Source: Alphaproteobacteria bacterium
Lineage (GTDB): Bacteria; Pseudomonadota; Alphaproteobacteria; MPNO01; UBA830
NCBI GenBank assembly: GCA_964291215.2
Contig: OZ219790.1
Span: 224,001 to 288,000 of the forward strand
Length of the DNA: 64,000 nucleotides
Direction: 5' to 3'
This document shows positions 43,711-54,021 of this stretch, in pieces. The notes beneath the pieces were generated by a model. It did no database searches, was not told where the DNA came from, and was given only the letters and a program-made list of their open reading frames with translations. Within the stretch, counting starts at the first letter, position 1, and each line of letters begins with the position of its first letter. Made by a program: the position numbers and the translations under genes.

Positions 43711-46110
43711 GCTCGATACGGACTTTGTCCCCCAGGTCCAGGTCTTCCAGTGTTCGCCGGAGGTCGTCTTCCATGGCGGCGAGAGCGTTTGCGGGGATCT
43801 CCGGTTCTAACTTCACCTCCACGACAAGCCCCTTGCCGGCCCGCAGCCTGGGAACGACCTTCGTGCCGAGACGGTTCCAGACTTCTGGCGGTACAACTCC
43901 GGCCAGGCGCAATCGGACCGGGGCGGTGTTTCCGCGCGGTTCGTTTTCAGTCCCGGGCTCCTACACGGCGTCGGGGCCGGGTTTGGGAGGCATCGGCGTA
44001 TCGGCGTCTGGCACCAGTTGCGGCCCGAGCGCTTCCGCCGCCCGAATCTTCTCGCTGCGGGCCCTGGTCAACAGGAACACGTCCGGTTCGAACGCAACTT
44101 CCTCCGCCCCGACCGGCTCGGCATGCCAGATCCGTTCGTAACCGCCGTCCGCCATCGTGCCCGATGCGAGGCCGAAGTCGCCGCTCGCGACAAATTCGAC
44201 GATCTTGCGGCGCAGGACGGCATCCGGATCGACGAGCCGGGTCAGCGACCCGTCGAGAAAGCTCTGGCGCAAGCCGGTAAGCGGCCAGGCCCCGCTTTCC
44301 CTCAAGGCCGGCGGCCAGTGGCGGTCGAGATAGCCCGCGCCTACGGATTCGTTGAGCAGTGCTTCGGTCCTGAGCGCCGTGATCACGCGGCCGCAGAGCG
44401 TTTCGCTGGCGCTGCTGTGCCCCGCGCCGAGATCGATGGTCTTGAGTCCTGTCTCGGCCCTGGCGTCGGCGAGCGCCATGAAGCGGTAGCCGCCCCACAC
44501 CTCGTCCCGCGCTACGTTTTCCGCGTCCCTGACCTTGGTCCGCACCTCGTCCCGGTCCGCCCGGTCGAACTCCGTGCCGAGCACGCCTTCGGCCACCTCG
44601 CGGGAGACCCACTGCCAGGCGAGCCACAACTCCGCGCGCTCCCTGAGTTCGCGCCCCGGCTTCCTGACGCACCAGACCAGGGAGGCGGGATACAGCCGCG
44701 GCGAATCGCCCCGCTGCCTTGTCCATAGCGCAATCCGCTCCGCTGTCCGGGCTGCCATTCCGCCTCCGGGTCGACGACGACCAGCGCAAGGCGCGGCGTG
44801 TCCGGAACGGCGGCGCCGTCTTCCGGAAAGGCGACGACCGGCAGGCTGGCGCCCCGGTCGAATTCTTCCTTCACCAGCTTGCGGATCGCCGGCCGGATTT
44901 CCGTGTCTTCGTCGAGCGCGGCGCGGCGGTCGCTGACGACCTTCTTCAGGGTCGCCTGGTGATGGATGCGGAAACCGTCCGTGCCGATCTTGCGGATGAA
45001 GAACCACGCTGTTTCCGGCGCCCCGGCCGCATTGTCGACGGACGTGGCATCGACCTCGGGTTCATCCAGGGCGAAGCGCAGTTCGGGAAGATGCGCCACC
45101 TTCTCCACCTGCCCGCCGGAAGACTCGAACAGGATGGCCGCGCCGACCCGGCGGTGAATGTCGCGCAGCGCCCCCTTCGTGTCGGCATCCAGCGCGCGGG
45201 CATGGGCCGTGTCGCCCACGAGATCGGCGGCTATCGCCACATCGAGCCGCTGTTCGCCCAACTGGCCGAGCACGACCGCGCGGAACTCCGGCACATGCAG
45301 CGGCGCCGAACCGAGCGTTATCAACGGCTCCGTCCGCGCCTGCCGGAAGTGCTGGCGCGCCGCCCAGGAGATCCACTGGGCCAGCATGGCAAGCGTACCG
45401 CGGGTCTGCTGGAACTGGGAAAGCGCGCTCCATTTCCTCCGGAAGACGGAGAGCGTCGAAGGGTGGAAGGGATAGCAGGCCTCGAACCGGCGCCTCAGAA
45501 ACTCGCGCGCCCTGGTCTCTGTGGTCGCACTGTCCACGGACATCCATTCGGAAGGCAGGCGGGCGGTCCGCTCGAAACACCAGTCCGCGCAGGTCTTCGA
45601 AACTCGCTTGCGTATCCGCTCGTCGCCGAGGTCCTCGAACAGCCGCCGGCGCACCACGTCGCCGATCTCGGCTTCGTCATTGGCGATCAGGTCGCGGGCG
45701 ACGCGGCGCACCACCTTGGTGATGCGGTCCTGCCATTGGCGGTCCCAGTCCGTCATCTCCACCTGGCTGCGCGGCAGGCTGATGACCACCGCCGCCCCGG
45801 CGGCCCCCGTAACGGCGACCGTCAGATTCTGGATGAAGGCGTGGAAGCTCTCGGCCCGGTCGCGATGGCGGTTGACGAAGTTCAGGACCTCGTCGAAGAG
45901 CAGCAGCACGGGCGTCCCTGCGGCGGCGAACACCCGGACAAGCGCCTCGGTCCCGGGCGGCGTGGTGTTCGCCGCCGTTCCGAGCGCGGCGACGCCCCGG
46001 TCTCCGGCAAAGCTGGCGGGCCAAGTCGATCCACGGCGTCTCGCGGCCTTCGCAAGGGTCACAGGCATTGCCCACGAACACCCCGACCCGCGCTTCGGGA
46101 AGGCTTGAAA
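43711..46110 (-). pseudogene. DUF499-family ATPase (BREX-related defence), 5'-truncated and frameshifted
   Basis: VFVGNA.DP.EGRETPWIDLARQL, LLLFDEVLNF, VVRRRLFE, YPFHP, FQQTRG.L and PPEVWNRLGTK spread over several frames; Walker A missing. Confidence 0.8.
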
Positions 46111-46153
46111 CCCCGTTCGCCGCTCTGCAGCCGCACATGGCTCCGGTAGCGGG

Positions 46154-46411
46154 CTACTCGTTGTCGCTGCTCCGGCTGGTGGATGCGCCAGAGAAACCGC
46201 GCATGAAGGCCTGCTGCATGTTCTCCCACGCCTGCATGCCGGTCGGAAGCCAGGTCTTCATCAATACCTCCGGGTCCATCGCGTTGACCTGCTCGGTCAT
46301 GCGTTCCTGAACCATCGCCATAATTCCCTTCTGGAATTCCTGCACGTCGGGAAGGCCCAGAAATTGCCGCGCCTCTTCCGGGGTGCAGTCGATATCGATC
46401 GAGAATTTCAT
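46154..46411 (-). CDS. DUF6489-family small protein (PHA-cluster associated)
   Basis: MK..IDIDCTPEEARQFLGLPD signature; directly downstream of phaC. Confidence 0.8.
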   Translation of the reverse strand: MKFSIDIDCTPEEARQFLGLPDVQEFQKGIMAMVQERMTEQVNAMDPEVLMKTWLPTGMQAWENMQQAFMRGFSGASTSRSSDNE

Positions 46412-46444
46412 GCTAAAGCGCCCTCCCTTCGTCCGCGCATTTCC

Positions 46445-48238
46445 TCAGCTCGTAACCTTGACGTAGCTGCCTGGTGCCGGCTCGATGATATCCGCGCCGC
46501 CGTCCCCGGGGACGCGCGCCGCAACCTGCGCTCCCGACTTCGGCGATAGCCACTGGTGCCAGTCGGGCCACCACGAGCCGGGGTACTCGACCGCATCGCC
46601 GAGCCAGGAATCGAAGGTCGGATACGACTTGCGGCTGGTATTGAGCCAGTGCTGGTATTTCCGTTTTTCGGGAGGGTTGATAACTCCCGCGATGTGGCCG
46701 GCGCCCGCCAGCACGAACCGCTTCGAACCTCCCAGCAGGTGGGTCATCTTAAACACCGATTCGCCAGGTGCGATGTGATCCTCCCTGCTCGCCTGTATAT
46801 AGGTCGGGATCTTGATCTTGCCGAGGTCGATCGGAGTTCCCATGAGCTGAAAGCGCCCCTTCTTGGCAAGCGCGTTCTGCTGGTACATCCCGCGCAGATA
46901 ATCCATCAATAACTGAGCTGGAAACCGGGTCGAATCCGCGTTCCAGAACAGGAGATCGAAGGCTGGCGGGTCCTTGCCCAGCAGATAGTTGTTGATCACG
47001 AAGTGCCAGATCAGATCGTTTGAGCGCAGCACGTTGAAAGTTCCCGCCATCTGCGCACCGTCGAGATAGCCCTTGGCCCGCACTTGCTCTTCAAGCATGC
47101 CGATCTGGGTTTCATCGGTGAAGACGCGAAGATCGCCGGCATTCTCGAAATCCACCTGCGAGGCGAAAAAGGTGGCTGCCGCGATGCGGTTGTCATCGTT
47201 CGCGGCCATATACGCCAGGGTCGCCGCCAACAAAGTGCCGCCGATGCAATAGCCGATGGCCGTCACCCGGCGCTCACCCGTTGCCCTCTCGATCCCTTCA
47301 AGCGCCGCCAGGATACCGTCCCTGACATAGTCGTCGAAACTCTTGTCCGCGAAGCTCTCGTCCGGATTGACCCAAGAGACGACGAAGACGGTGTATCCCT
47401 GCCGCGTCGCCCAGCGGATAAAGGAGTTCTCCGGCTGAAGATCGAGAATGTAGAACTTGTTGATCCAGGGCGGCACGATCAGCAGGGGTTTCCTGTAAAC
47501 CTCTTCGCTTGTCGGCGCATACTGGATGAGTTGCATCAACGGCGTCTGATGAACGACCGCGCCAGGTGCTGTTGCGATGTCCTTTCCGATTTCGAAGGCC
47601 GTCATGTCGGTATGGCGCGGCCGAAGCCCGTCACGACCGTCACGAATGTCGTCGCTGAGATTCTGTATGCCGCGCAGCAGGCTTTCGCCCTTGGTTTCCG
47701 CCATTTCACGGAGCACGCGGGGGTTGGTCAATGCGAAGTTGGTCGGCGACAGCGCGTCGACGATCATGCGGCCGAAGAAATCGAGCTTGAGGGCGGTATC
47801 CGCGTCGAGACCCTCAAGATCCGCCACCGCGCGGCGCAGCCAGCGCGCATTGAGCAGATAGGACTGCTTGATGAAGTCGAAGACCGGGTTGTCACTCCAT
47901 TCGGCATCCCTGAACCGGTAGTCTCCCTGTTCCGGCTCGATGACCGGCTGGGCGTCACGGCCCATCATGCGCGCCGTCGTCTGAAGCCAGAGCGCCTGAT
48001 AGTCGCGCCACAGTTCGGCCTGGTTCTGGAGCACGCGGGCCGGATCCGCCGGCATTTCCGGAAGGGTCTTCGACAGCGCGGTCACGCCGGCATTGGGCAC
48101 GAAACCGTCGCCGCCCCGCTCGATGAAGGAAGACATCCAGTCGGCCCAGCCGCGCTGGAACTGGGCTGCCGCCTCACCGAGCGACTCGGCGATGTCGGCG
48201 AAATCGTCGCTGCTTCCGTTCGTGCCATCCGATGCCAT
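46445..48238 (-). CDS. phaC: Class I poly(R)-hydroxyalkanoate synthase
   Basis: PPWINKFYILDL, lipase box GYCIGG, WNADSTR, EDHIAP, GHIAG and SWWP motifs. Confidence 0.96.
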   Translation of the reverse strand: MASDGTNGSSDDFADIAESLGEAAAQFQRGWADWMSSFIERGGDGFVPNAGVTALSKTLPEMPADPARVLQNQAELWRDYQALWLQTTARMMGRDAQPVIEPEQGDYRFRDAEWSDNPVFDFIKQSYLLNARWLRRAVADLEGLDADTALKLDFFGRMIVDALSPTNFALTNPRVLREMAETKGESLLRGIQNLSDDIRDGRDGLRPRHTDMTAFEIGKDIATAPGAVVHQTPLMQLIQYAPTSEEVYRKPLLIVPPWINKFYILDLQPENSFIRWATRQGYTVFVVSWVNPDESFADKSFDDYVRDGILAALEGIERATGERRVTAIGYCIGGTLLAATLAYMAANDDNRIAAATFFASQVDFENAGDLRVFTDETQIGMLEEQVRAKGYLDGAQMAGTFNVLRSNDLIWHFVINNYLLGKDPPAFDLLFWNADSTRFPAQLLMDYLRGMYQQNALAKKGRFQLMGTPIDLGKIKIPTYIQASREDHIAPGESVFKMTHLLGGSKRFVLAGAGHIAGVINPPEKRKYQHWLNTSRKSYPTFDSWLGDAVEYPGSWWPDWHQWLSPKSGAQVAARVPGDGGADIIEPAPGSYVKVTS

Positions 48239-48245
48239 GGTGACC

Positions 48246-48968
48246 TCAGTACATATGCTGGCCGCCATTGACGGACAGTGTCGAGCCAGTGATGAAACCG
48301 GCTTCGTCGGCGGCGAGGAAAATGATCGCACGTGCGATTTCCTCGGCCCGTCCGAGGCGTCCTACCGGGATGCGTTCAACGATCTTCTCGAGAATGTTCT
48401 CCGGCACCGCGGCGACCATCTCGGTGTCAATATAACCCGGCGCTATGGCGTTGACGGTGATGCCATGCGCAGCCCCCTCCTGAGCCAGCGCCTTGGTAAA
48501 GCCGTGAATGCCCGACTTTGCCGCAGCGTAGTTGACCTGACCGTATTGTCCGGCCTGCCCGTTGATCGAGCCGACATTGACGATGCGCCCGAATCCACGT
48601 TCGCGCATGCCCTCGATCACGGCCCGAGACATGTTGAAGCACGAGCCGATATTGGTGTCGATGACCTGTTGCCACTGTTCGTAGGTCATGCGGTGCATCG
48701 TACCGTCACGGGTAATGCCGGCATTGTTCACGAGCACATCCACCGGTCCGAGATCGGCGACAACCCTTGCCACTCCCTCCTGGCAGGCGTCGAAATCCGA
48801 AACGTCCCACTTGTACGCGGCAATGCCGGTCGCGGCGCTAAACTGCTCGGCCTTGCTGTCATCCCTGGCATAGACGGCGGCAGTGTCATTGCCGGCGTCC
48901 TTCAGCGCAATGGAGGTGGCCGCGCCAATGCCGCGGGTTCCGCCGGTAACGATAGCCACTCTGCTCAT
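48246..48968 (-). CDS. phaB: Acetoacetyl-CoA reductase
   Basis: TGGTRGIG, NNAGITRD, SINGQAGQYGQVNYAAAK and NGGQHMY motifs. Confidence 0.95.
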   Translation of the reverse strand: MSRVAIVTGGTRGIGAATSIALKDAGNDTAAVYARDDSKAEQFSAATGIAAYKWDVSDFDACQEGVARVVADLGPVDVLVNNAGITRDGTMHRMTYEQWQQVIDTNIGSCFNMSRAVIEGMRERGFGRIVNVGSINGQAGQYGQVNYAAAKSGIHGFTKALAQEGAAHGITVNAIAPGYIDTEMVAAVPENILEKIVERIPVGRLGRAEEIARAIIFLAADEAGFITGSTLSVNGGQHMY

Positions 48969-49204
48969 GATGTATGCCTGTGCTACGTCCCGGCGCTCCG
49001 CTCGGGCACCGGTGACATTTCCCGTTCCGAGAGACTAGGCCGGAAAACGCCGCGAGGAAAGCAGAAACCGGCCCGCCCGGATGCCTCAGGGAACTGTTGA
49101 TGCGTCCCGTGGTGCCGTCCCGCAATTGCGGCCCATGCGCAGGGGCGGGCAGGAACACCGGACCGCCCCCACCCGTCCCGCACGAGATGCCGTCCGGGCT
49201 CCGG

Positions 49205-49717
49205 TCAGGCGGCCTGCGGCCTTACGAAGGCCTCGACAGTGTCATCGACGCGAGTCTTGATCGGCTCGAGCACCTTCGTCACCGTGTCGGTCGCGATCTG
49301 GTTGACCTTGGTCGACTGGGCAACGACCCGGTTCACGGACTTGTTGACGCTCTCGACCTGAATGTCAATGAATTCCTGGGGCGTTTTCGCGGCGAGAAAG
49401 CGCTGCATCAACTCCATGTTTTCGGCCACCGCCATCGTGGCGTAATCGACGACGCCCTGACAATACGCATCCCACCCCGCGACCACGGCAGCAGCGGATT
49501 CAGAAATCGCGTTCAGATTGTCCTTGCCGCATACTGCAGCCTTGTCGTAGGTGTCTGTGGCGACATCGAACTGCTCCTTGCCGAAGGCCGCCGCCGTACG
49601 GCAGCCCTCGGCGGTCGCGTCGGCACCCATCTGCATGACCGTCTCAAGGGTCTCCTTGCCCGCGACTGCCATCTTTTCTGCCGCCTCGGTTGCGGCCTGT
49701 CCCGAATTCTCGGTCAT
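49205..49717 (-). CDS. phaP: Phasin
   Basis: GKDNLNA...G, AAKTPQEFIDIQ and EPIKTRV pattern; sits in the pha cluster. Confidence 0.85.
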   Translation of the reverse strand: MTENSGQAATEAAEKMAVAGKETLETVMQMGADATAEGCRTAAAFGKEQFDVATDTYDKAAVCGKDNLNAISESAAAVVAGWDAYCQGVVDYATMAVAENMELMQRFLAAKTPQEFIDIQVESVNKSVNRVVAQSTKVNQIATDTVTKVLEPIKTRVDDTVEAFVRPQAA

Positions 49718-49782
49718 CTTTCGCTCCATCCAGTGTGTTTGCCCGGGCTTCCGGCCGGCGTTGCCACCCGCTGGACCGGCAA

Positions 49783-49904
49783 TTTTGCGTTGCAAAAAAG
49801 ATATCTAGGCGCTCACGCCCCCCCTGTCAAGCTGTTTATTTTGCGCCGCAAAAAATTTTCCTGTTAAATTCTAGGGAGTTGCCACGGGATGCATTGCGTT
49901 GCAT
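49783..49904. promoter_or_regulatory. Putative PhaR operators in the divergent phaP/phaR region
   Basis: TTTTGCGTTGCAAAA (49783), TTTTGCGCCGCAAAA (49839) and TGCGTTGCA (about 49896) are TGC-N3-GCA palindromes. Confidence 0.6.
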
Positions 49905-49990
49905 AATCTTTTTGCAACACCGAAGACCGCTCGAATTAACCTTGGACCGCGCCGTCGGCAACGGTTCCCACGACAGATGGAGCAGTTCAA

Positions 49991-50596
49991 TTGGCAAACG
50001 AGGAAACCGGGAGCGCAAAGGCGACGATCATCCGAAAATATGCCAACCGGCGCCTTTACAATACCGATACCGCCAGCTTCGTCACCCTCGAAGATCTCCA
50101 CGACATGGTCACGCGGGGGATTATCTTCCTAGTGCAGGACGCGACATCGGGACGCGACATCACCTGCTCCATCCTCGCCCAGATCGTTTCCGAAGAGGAA
50201 AACCGGGGGCACAACATGCTGCCGCTCAACTATCTCCGGCAGATGTTGCAACTCTACGACGCGGGCTTCGGCCCGCAGTTCCGCGCCTATCTTGAGCAGA
50301 GTGTCGACGCCTTTACCGCGAATCAGCAGCAGGCCGTGCAGCAGATGCAACGCATGCTCGGCGGCGACGGCGGAGCAGTGGAGCAGCTCGCTGAAATCGG
50401 GCGGCAGAACATCGAGATGTTCCAGAGATCGATAAACATGTTCACGCCTCCGGCCGCAAGCCGCGGGCGGGATGGCGACAGCCCGCCGCCCGTCGCGGAG
50501 AGCGAGCCGTCGTCCAGGGACGAGGAGATAGAGGACCTGAAAAGGCAACTAGCCGAGGTGCAACAACGTCTGGATACGCTCGACAGGCCAAAATGA
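49991..50596 (+). CDS. phaR: PHA synthesis repressor
   Basis: IRKYANRRLYNTDT..FVTL, DIT..IL.QI and LP.NYLRQ motifs. Confidence 0.93.
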   Translation: MANEETGSAKATIIRKYANRRLYNTDTASFVTLEDLHDMVTRGIIFLVQDATSGRDITCSILAQIVSEEENRGHNMLPLNYLRQMLQLYDAGFGPQFRAYLEQSVDAFTANQQQAVQQMQRMLGGDGGAVEQLAEIGRQNIEMFQRSINMFTPPAASRGRDGDSPPPVAESEPSSRDEEIEDLKRQLAEVQQRLDTLDRPK

Positions 50597-50640
50597 TCGA
50601 TTCGACCAGCCCCCTCCACAAAGCAACGGGAAACCCGAAC

Positions 50641-51063
50641 ATGCCAATACTTCGCGACTTCAGCGACCTTGAGGTCGGAATGACGGACACCTTCACCAAG
50701 ATGCTGACCGATGAGGACGTACGCGCGTTCGCGACCGCATCCGGCGACTGCAATCCGCTCCATCTTGACGACGATTTCGCCAGCACCACGAGATTCGAGA
50801 AACGGATTACCCACGGCATTCTGACCGCGGGACTGATATCGGCCACGTTCGCAGGCACCCTTCCCGGCCCGGGCTGGCCTTATGTCAACCAGTTGCTCAA
50901 ATTCCGTGCGCCGGTCTATATCGGGGACACTGTGACTGCCCGGGTCGAGGTGACCGAACTTCTTCCGGAGCGGAAATTCGCTGTCTTCCACACCGTTTGC
51001 TCCGTCGACGACAAGGTCGTGCTGGAGGGCGAAGCTACGCTCATGGCTCCGGAGCTCTCGTAG
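50641..51063 (+). CDS. MaoC-family (R)-specific enoyl-CoA hydratase (PhaJ-like)
   Basis: FA..SGD.NPLHLD, HGIL, LPGPG and F.APV.IGDTV motifs. Confidence 0.88.
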   Translation: MPILRDFSDLEVGMTDTFTKMLTDEDVRAFATASGDCNPLHLDDDFASTTRFEKRITHGILTAGLISATFAGTLPGPGWPYVNQLLKFRAPVYIGDTVTARVEVTELLPERKFAVFHTVCSVDDKVVLEGEATLMAPELS

Positions 51064-51207
51064 GCGCATTACACCGGATACCTGGCGAATTCAGGGGCAG
51101 GGTCGGCAATATCACCGAGAGAACCCCATGCGACACCGCATGATCATTCAGTGAACCCGGAACTTTCGGCACCCCGAAACCGGGATGAAGCCACACGTAA
51201 CCCGTCC

Positions 51208-52836
51208 TTACCTGCTCACGATCACGCCGGGGTTGAGAATTCCCTTCGGGTCCAGACGGCCCTTGGCCTCAGCCAGCATTTCCCCGAAAATTTCAGGACG
51301 TTGCCGTTCATACCATTTTCGGTGATCGCGTCCCACAGCATGGTGATGGGTGATGGTGCCTCCCTCGCTGATGACCGCGTCGGAGGCAGCGTTCTTGATC
51401 TCCTCCCACTGTTCGAGGAGGCCGTCCTTCCGCCCCTGCCCGTGGAACGCGAAATACGGCGCCGGTCCGTCCGGATAGGCATGGCTGAACCGGCACGACA
51501 CCGCGCCCTCCCGTCCTGTCGCCTTTCGGATGGCTGCACCCGTCGCCTCGCGAACGACATGGTAGAACTCCTCGAAGCGGTTCCATGTGATCGCGCTCTC
51601 GAAGGTGTCGGAAATGATGCCGCGCGGCGTAAGTTCCTCGCGGCAGTAGGGCATGCGGATGAAGGCTGTGCGCCAAGCGCCGACCGCACCCTCCAGGTTG
51701 GCTCGAGGATTGTCCCGCCAGTCGACATCGATGACACCACCATGATCGAGGCAACATTGCTCGGCACGCGCCATCCATGCGTCAACCGGATGGTCGGAAC
51801 TCTCGAACGACACCACCATGAGAGAAAATGATCCGTCGCCGGCCCCGTTGACCTGCAATTCGATCCCGTCAACGATGCGTACGTTGGCGGGAAACAACCC
51901 GGCCTGCGAGACTGCCCTCACAGCTGCGGCGGCAGAGAGGAAATCCGCGAAACAAAACCCTTCCGTCGCCTTGAAGACCGGCCTGCCCTGCAGCCGCACC
52001 CAGCTCTCCGTAATGATGCCCATCGATCCCTCGGATCCGATCACGAACCGGTCGGGACTGGGACCGGCACCGGAGCCGGGCAGCCGGCGCGACGCCATCC
52101 TTCCCGAGGGCGCCACCATGGTCACACTTTCGACGAGATCATCAATATGGGTGTAGAGAGTGGCGAAATGGCCGCCGGACCGCGTCGCGATCCAGCCTCC
52201 CAGCGTCGAATGTTCGAAACTCTGCGGAAAATGGCGCAGGGTCAGGCCGCTTGGCTTCAGCTGGGCTTCCAGTTCCGGACCGCGCGCCCCACCCTGGATG
52301 CGCGCCGCGCGGCTCACGTCGTCAATTTCAAGCACCTTGTTCATCCGCCCCAGGTCGACGGTCACGGTTCCGTTGAAGCCGTTGCCAACATCGCCGGTCA
52401 CGCCGCCCACAACCGACGAACCACCGCCATAAGGAACCAGGGCTGCCCCGGCATCCCCGCACCAGTCATAGAGTGCGGCAATATCCGCCTCGTTTTCCGG
52501 ATAGGCCACCACATCGGGTGCATGGGTAAAATCGCCCATGCAGATACGAATGGAATCGGGCTGCGACTGGCCAAACGCGTGCAATACGCGCTCATACCTG
52601 TCGTTCGTGCAGATACCGGCCAAGGCCGCCGGCCACGACAGGCGCGGCGCCGGGAGCTCGATTTCCTCAAGCGCCGGCATCCTGCTGTCGTCGCTCGGCA
52701 CGATACCGAAATCCTCGGCGAAGGTGGTCAGCAGGGACTTCGTCTCGGCTGCATCGAGGCCTTCGCCCTCGTATCCCCAGCCCCAGTACTTGAGCTTTCT
52801 CGCAGTCGAATCGCCCAATGCGTCATCCTCTCCCAA
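51208..52836 (-). CDS. FAD-binding oxidoreductase (alkyl-DHAP synthase-like)
   Basis: PYGGGSSVVGG, RHFPQSFE.STLGGW, GSEG..G and HHHAVGRDH motifs. Confidence 0.9.
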   Translation of the reverse strand: MGEDDALGDSTARKLKYWGWGYEGEGLDAAETKSLLTTFAEDFGIVPSDDSRMPALEEIELPAPRLSWPAALAGICTNDRYERVLHAFGQSQPDSIRICMGDFTHAPDVVAYPENEADIAALYDWCGDAGAALVPYGGGSSVVGGVTGDVGNGFNGTVTVDLGRMNKVLEIDDVSRAARIQGGARGPELEAQLKPSGLTLRHFPQSFEHSTLGGWIATRSGGHFATLYTHIDDLVESVTMVAPSGRMASRRLPGSGAGPSPDRFVIGSEGSMGIITESWVRLQGRPVFKATEGFCFADFLSAAAAVRAVSQAGLFPANVRIVDGIELQVNGAGDGSFSLMVVSFESSDHPVDAWMARAEQCCLDHGGVIDVDWRDNPRANLEGAVGAWRTAFIRMPYCREELTPRGIISDTFESAITWNRFEEFYHVVREATGAAIRKATGREGAVSCRFSHAYPDGPAPYFAFHGQGRKDGLLEQWEEIKNAASDAVISEGGTITHHHAVGRDHRKWYERQRPEIFGEMLAEAKGRLDPKGILNPGVIVSR

Positions 52837-53150
52837 CAGTCAGGCGCCTCCCGGAAACGGTCGCCTGCCACGCCCAACGGCTCTCTCCGATCCGTTCGCA
52901 CGGACATATCCGGCAGTAAGCGTCCCGCCGAACAACGCCGGCCCCTGCTCTGCGATGATGCGCTCGATCCACCACCTGATCGCATCGTCGCGCCGGGCCA
53001 GAATCTTATACCGGAAACGTTCCGTTCTCTCTACGGTCACCGCATCGCGCCGCCGTCTTCGACCTGTGCGCCCGCACCGGCCGGCATCCGAAAACCGGAC
53101 GGCGGCGGCCGCATCCCCCACCCTGCCATCCACATCCACCGGATCGCGAC

Positions 53151-54014
53151 ATGACGATTGCCGTAACCCCGATTTCAGATGCGCTTGGCGCCTCGATCAC
53201 AGGCATCGACCTCTCGAAGCCGCTCGGCGACGACGCTTTCGCTATCATTCACTCCGCGATGCTGAAACATCTTGTCCTCGTCTTCCCTGATCAAGATCTG
53301 ACCGACGAGGAGCAGGTGGAATTCACGCTGCGCTTCGGCGACCTGCCCGACAGGGGCTTACATTCCCGCAGCACGAAGGCGGACGATCAGCTCCACAAGT
53401 CCGTGATGCTGGTTTCCAACATCCGCGAGAACGGCGAGGTCATCGGCTCCATCCCCGACGGCGAGATGTTCTTTCACACCAACGGCTCCTAAGAGGTGGC
53501 TCCCTATCGCTATACCTTCCTCTACGCCATTGAGATCCCGAAGACCGACGGCGATACGCTGTTCGCCAACATGTACGCGGCGTACGAGATACTTCCCGAC
53601 GATCTGAAGGACCTGCTGGCGGACATCGATGCTGAACACGGCTTCTACGCCGGACCGGACGTGACCGAAGAGATGAAGATAGCGCTACGGGTCACCGGGC
53701 ACAGCAGTTCCACCCGCCATCCGGCGCTCATTCGCCACGAGGAATCGTCGAGGACCGTGCTTTATGTCAGCCGCATGCTGACGCGGCGCCTAATCGGGCT
53801 CGGCGAGGACCGGGGACGGGACCTCCTCTTTCGCCTGTTCGATCACTCTGAACGCGCAGAAAATGTCTACTGCCACGTGTGGACGCCGGGCGATCTCGTG
53901 ATGTGGGACAACCGCTGCACCAATCACGCGCGGACAGATTTCAGCGCTGGCGAACGGCGCTTGCTCCGGCGCACGACCTGCCAGGGCACGAGGCCCGAAC
54001 GCGCGGCGCCTTGA
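53151..54014 (+). pseudogene. TauD/TfdA-family dioxygenase with internal stop
   Basis: LGA.I.G.DL, FHTNGS*, GDTLFANM and GDLVMWDNRCT.HAR motifs; in-frame TAA at 53490-53492. Confidence 0.85.
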
Positions 54015-54021
54015 CCGTTTC

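Noticed and set aside
42461-43718. TSD around IS256 copy 3 (TTTCGATA / GCTCGATA)
   Set aside because: Only 6 of 8 bases match and the flanks come from unrelated genes; this may reflect target preference or chance.
53490-53492. Selenocysteine/pyrrolysine recoding in TauD
   Set aside because: The codon is TAA, not TGA or TAG, and the metal ligand is also mutated.
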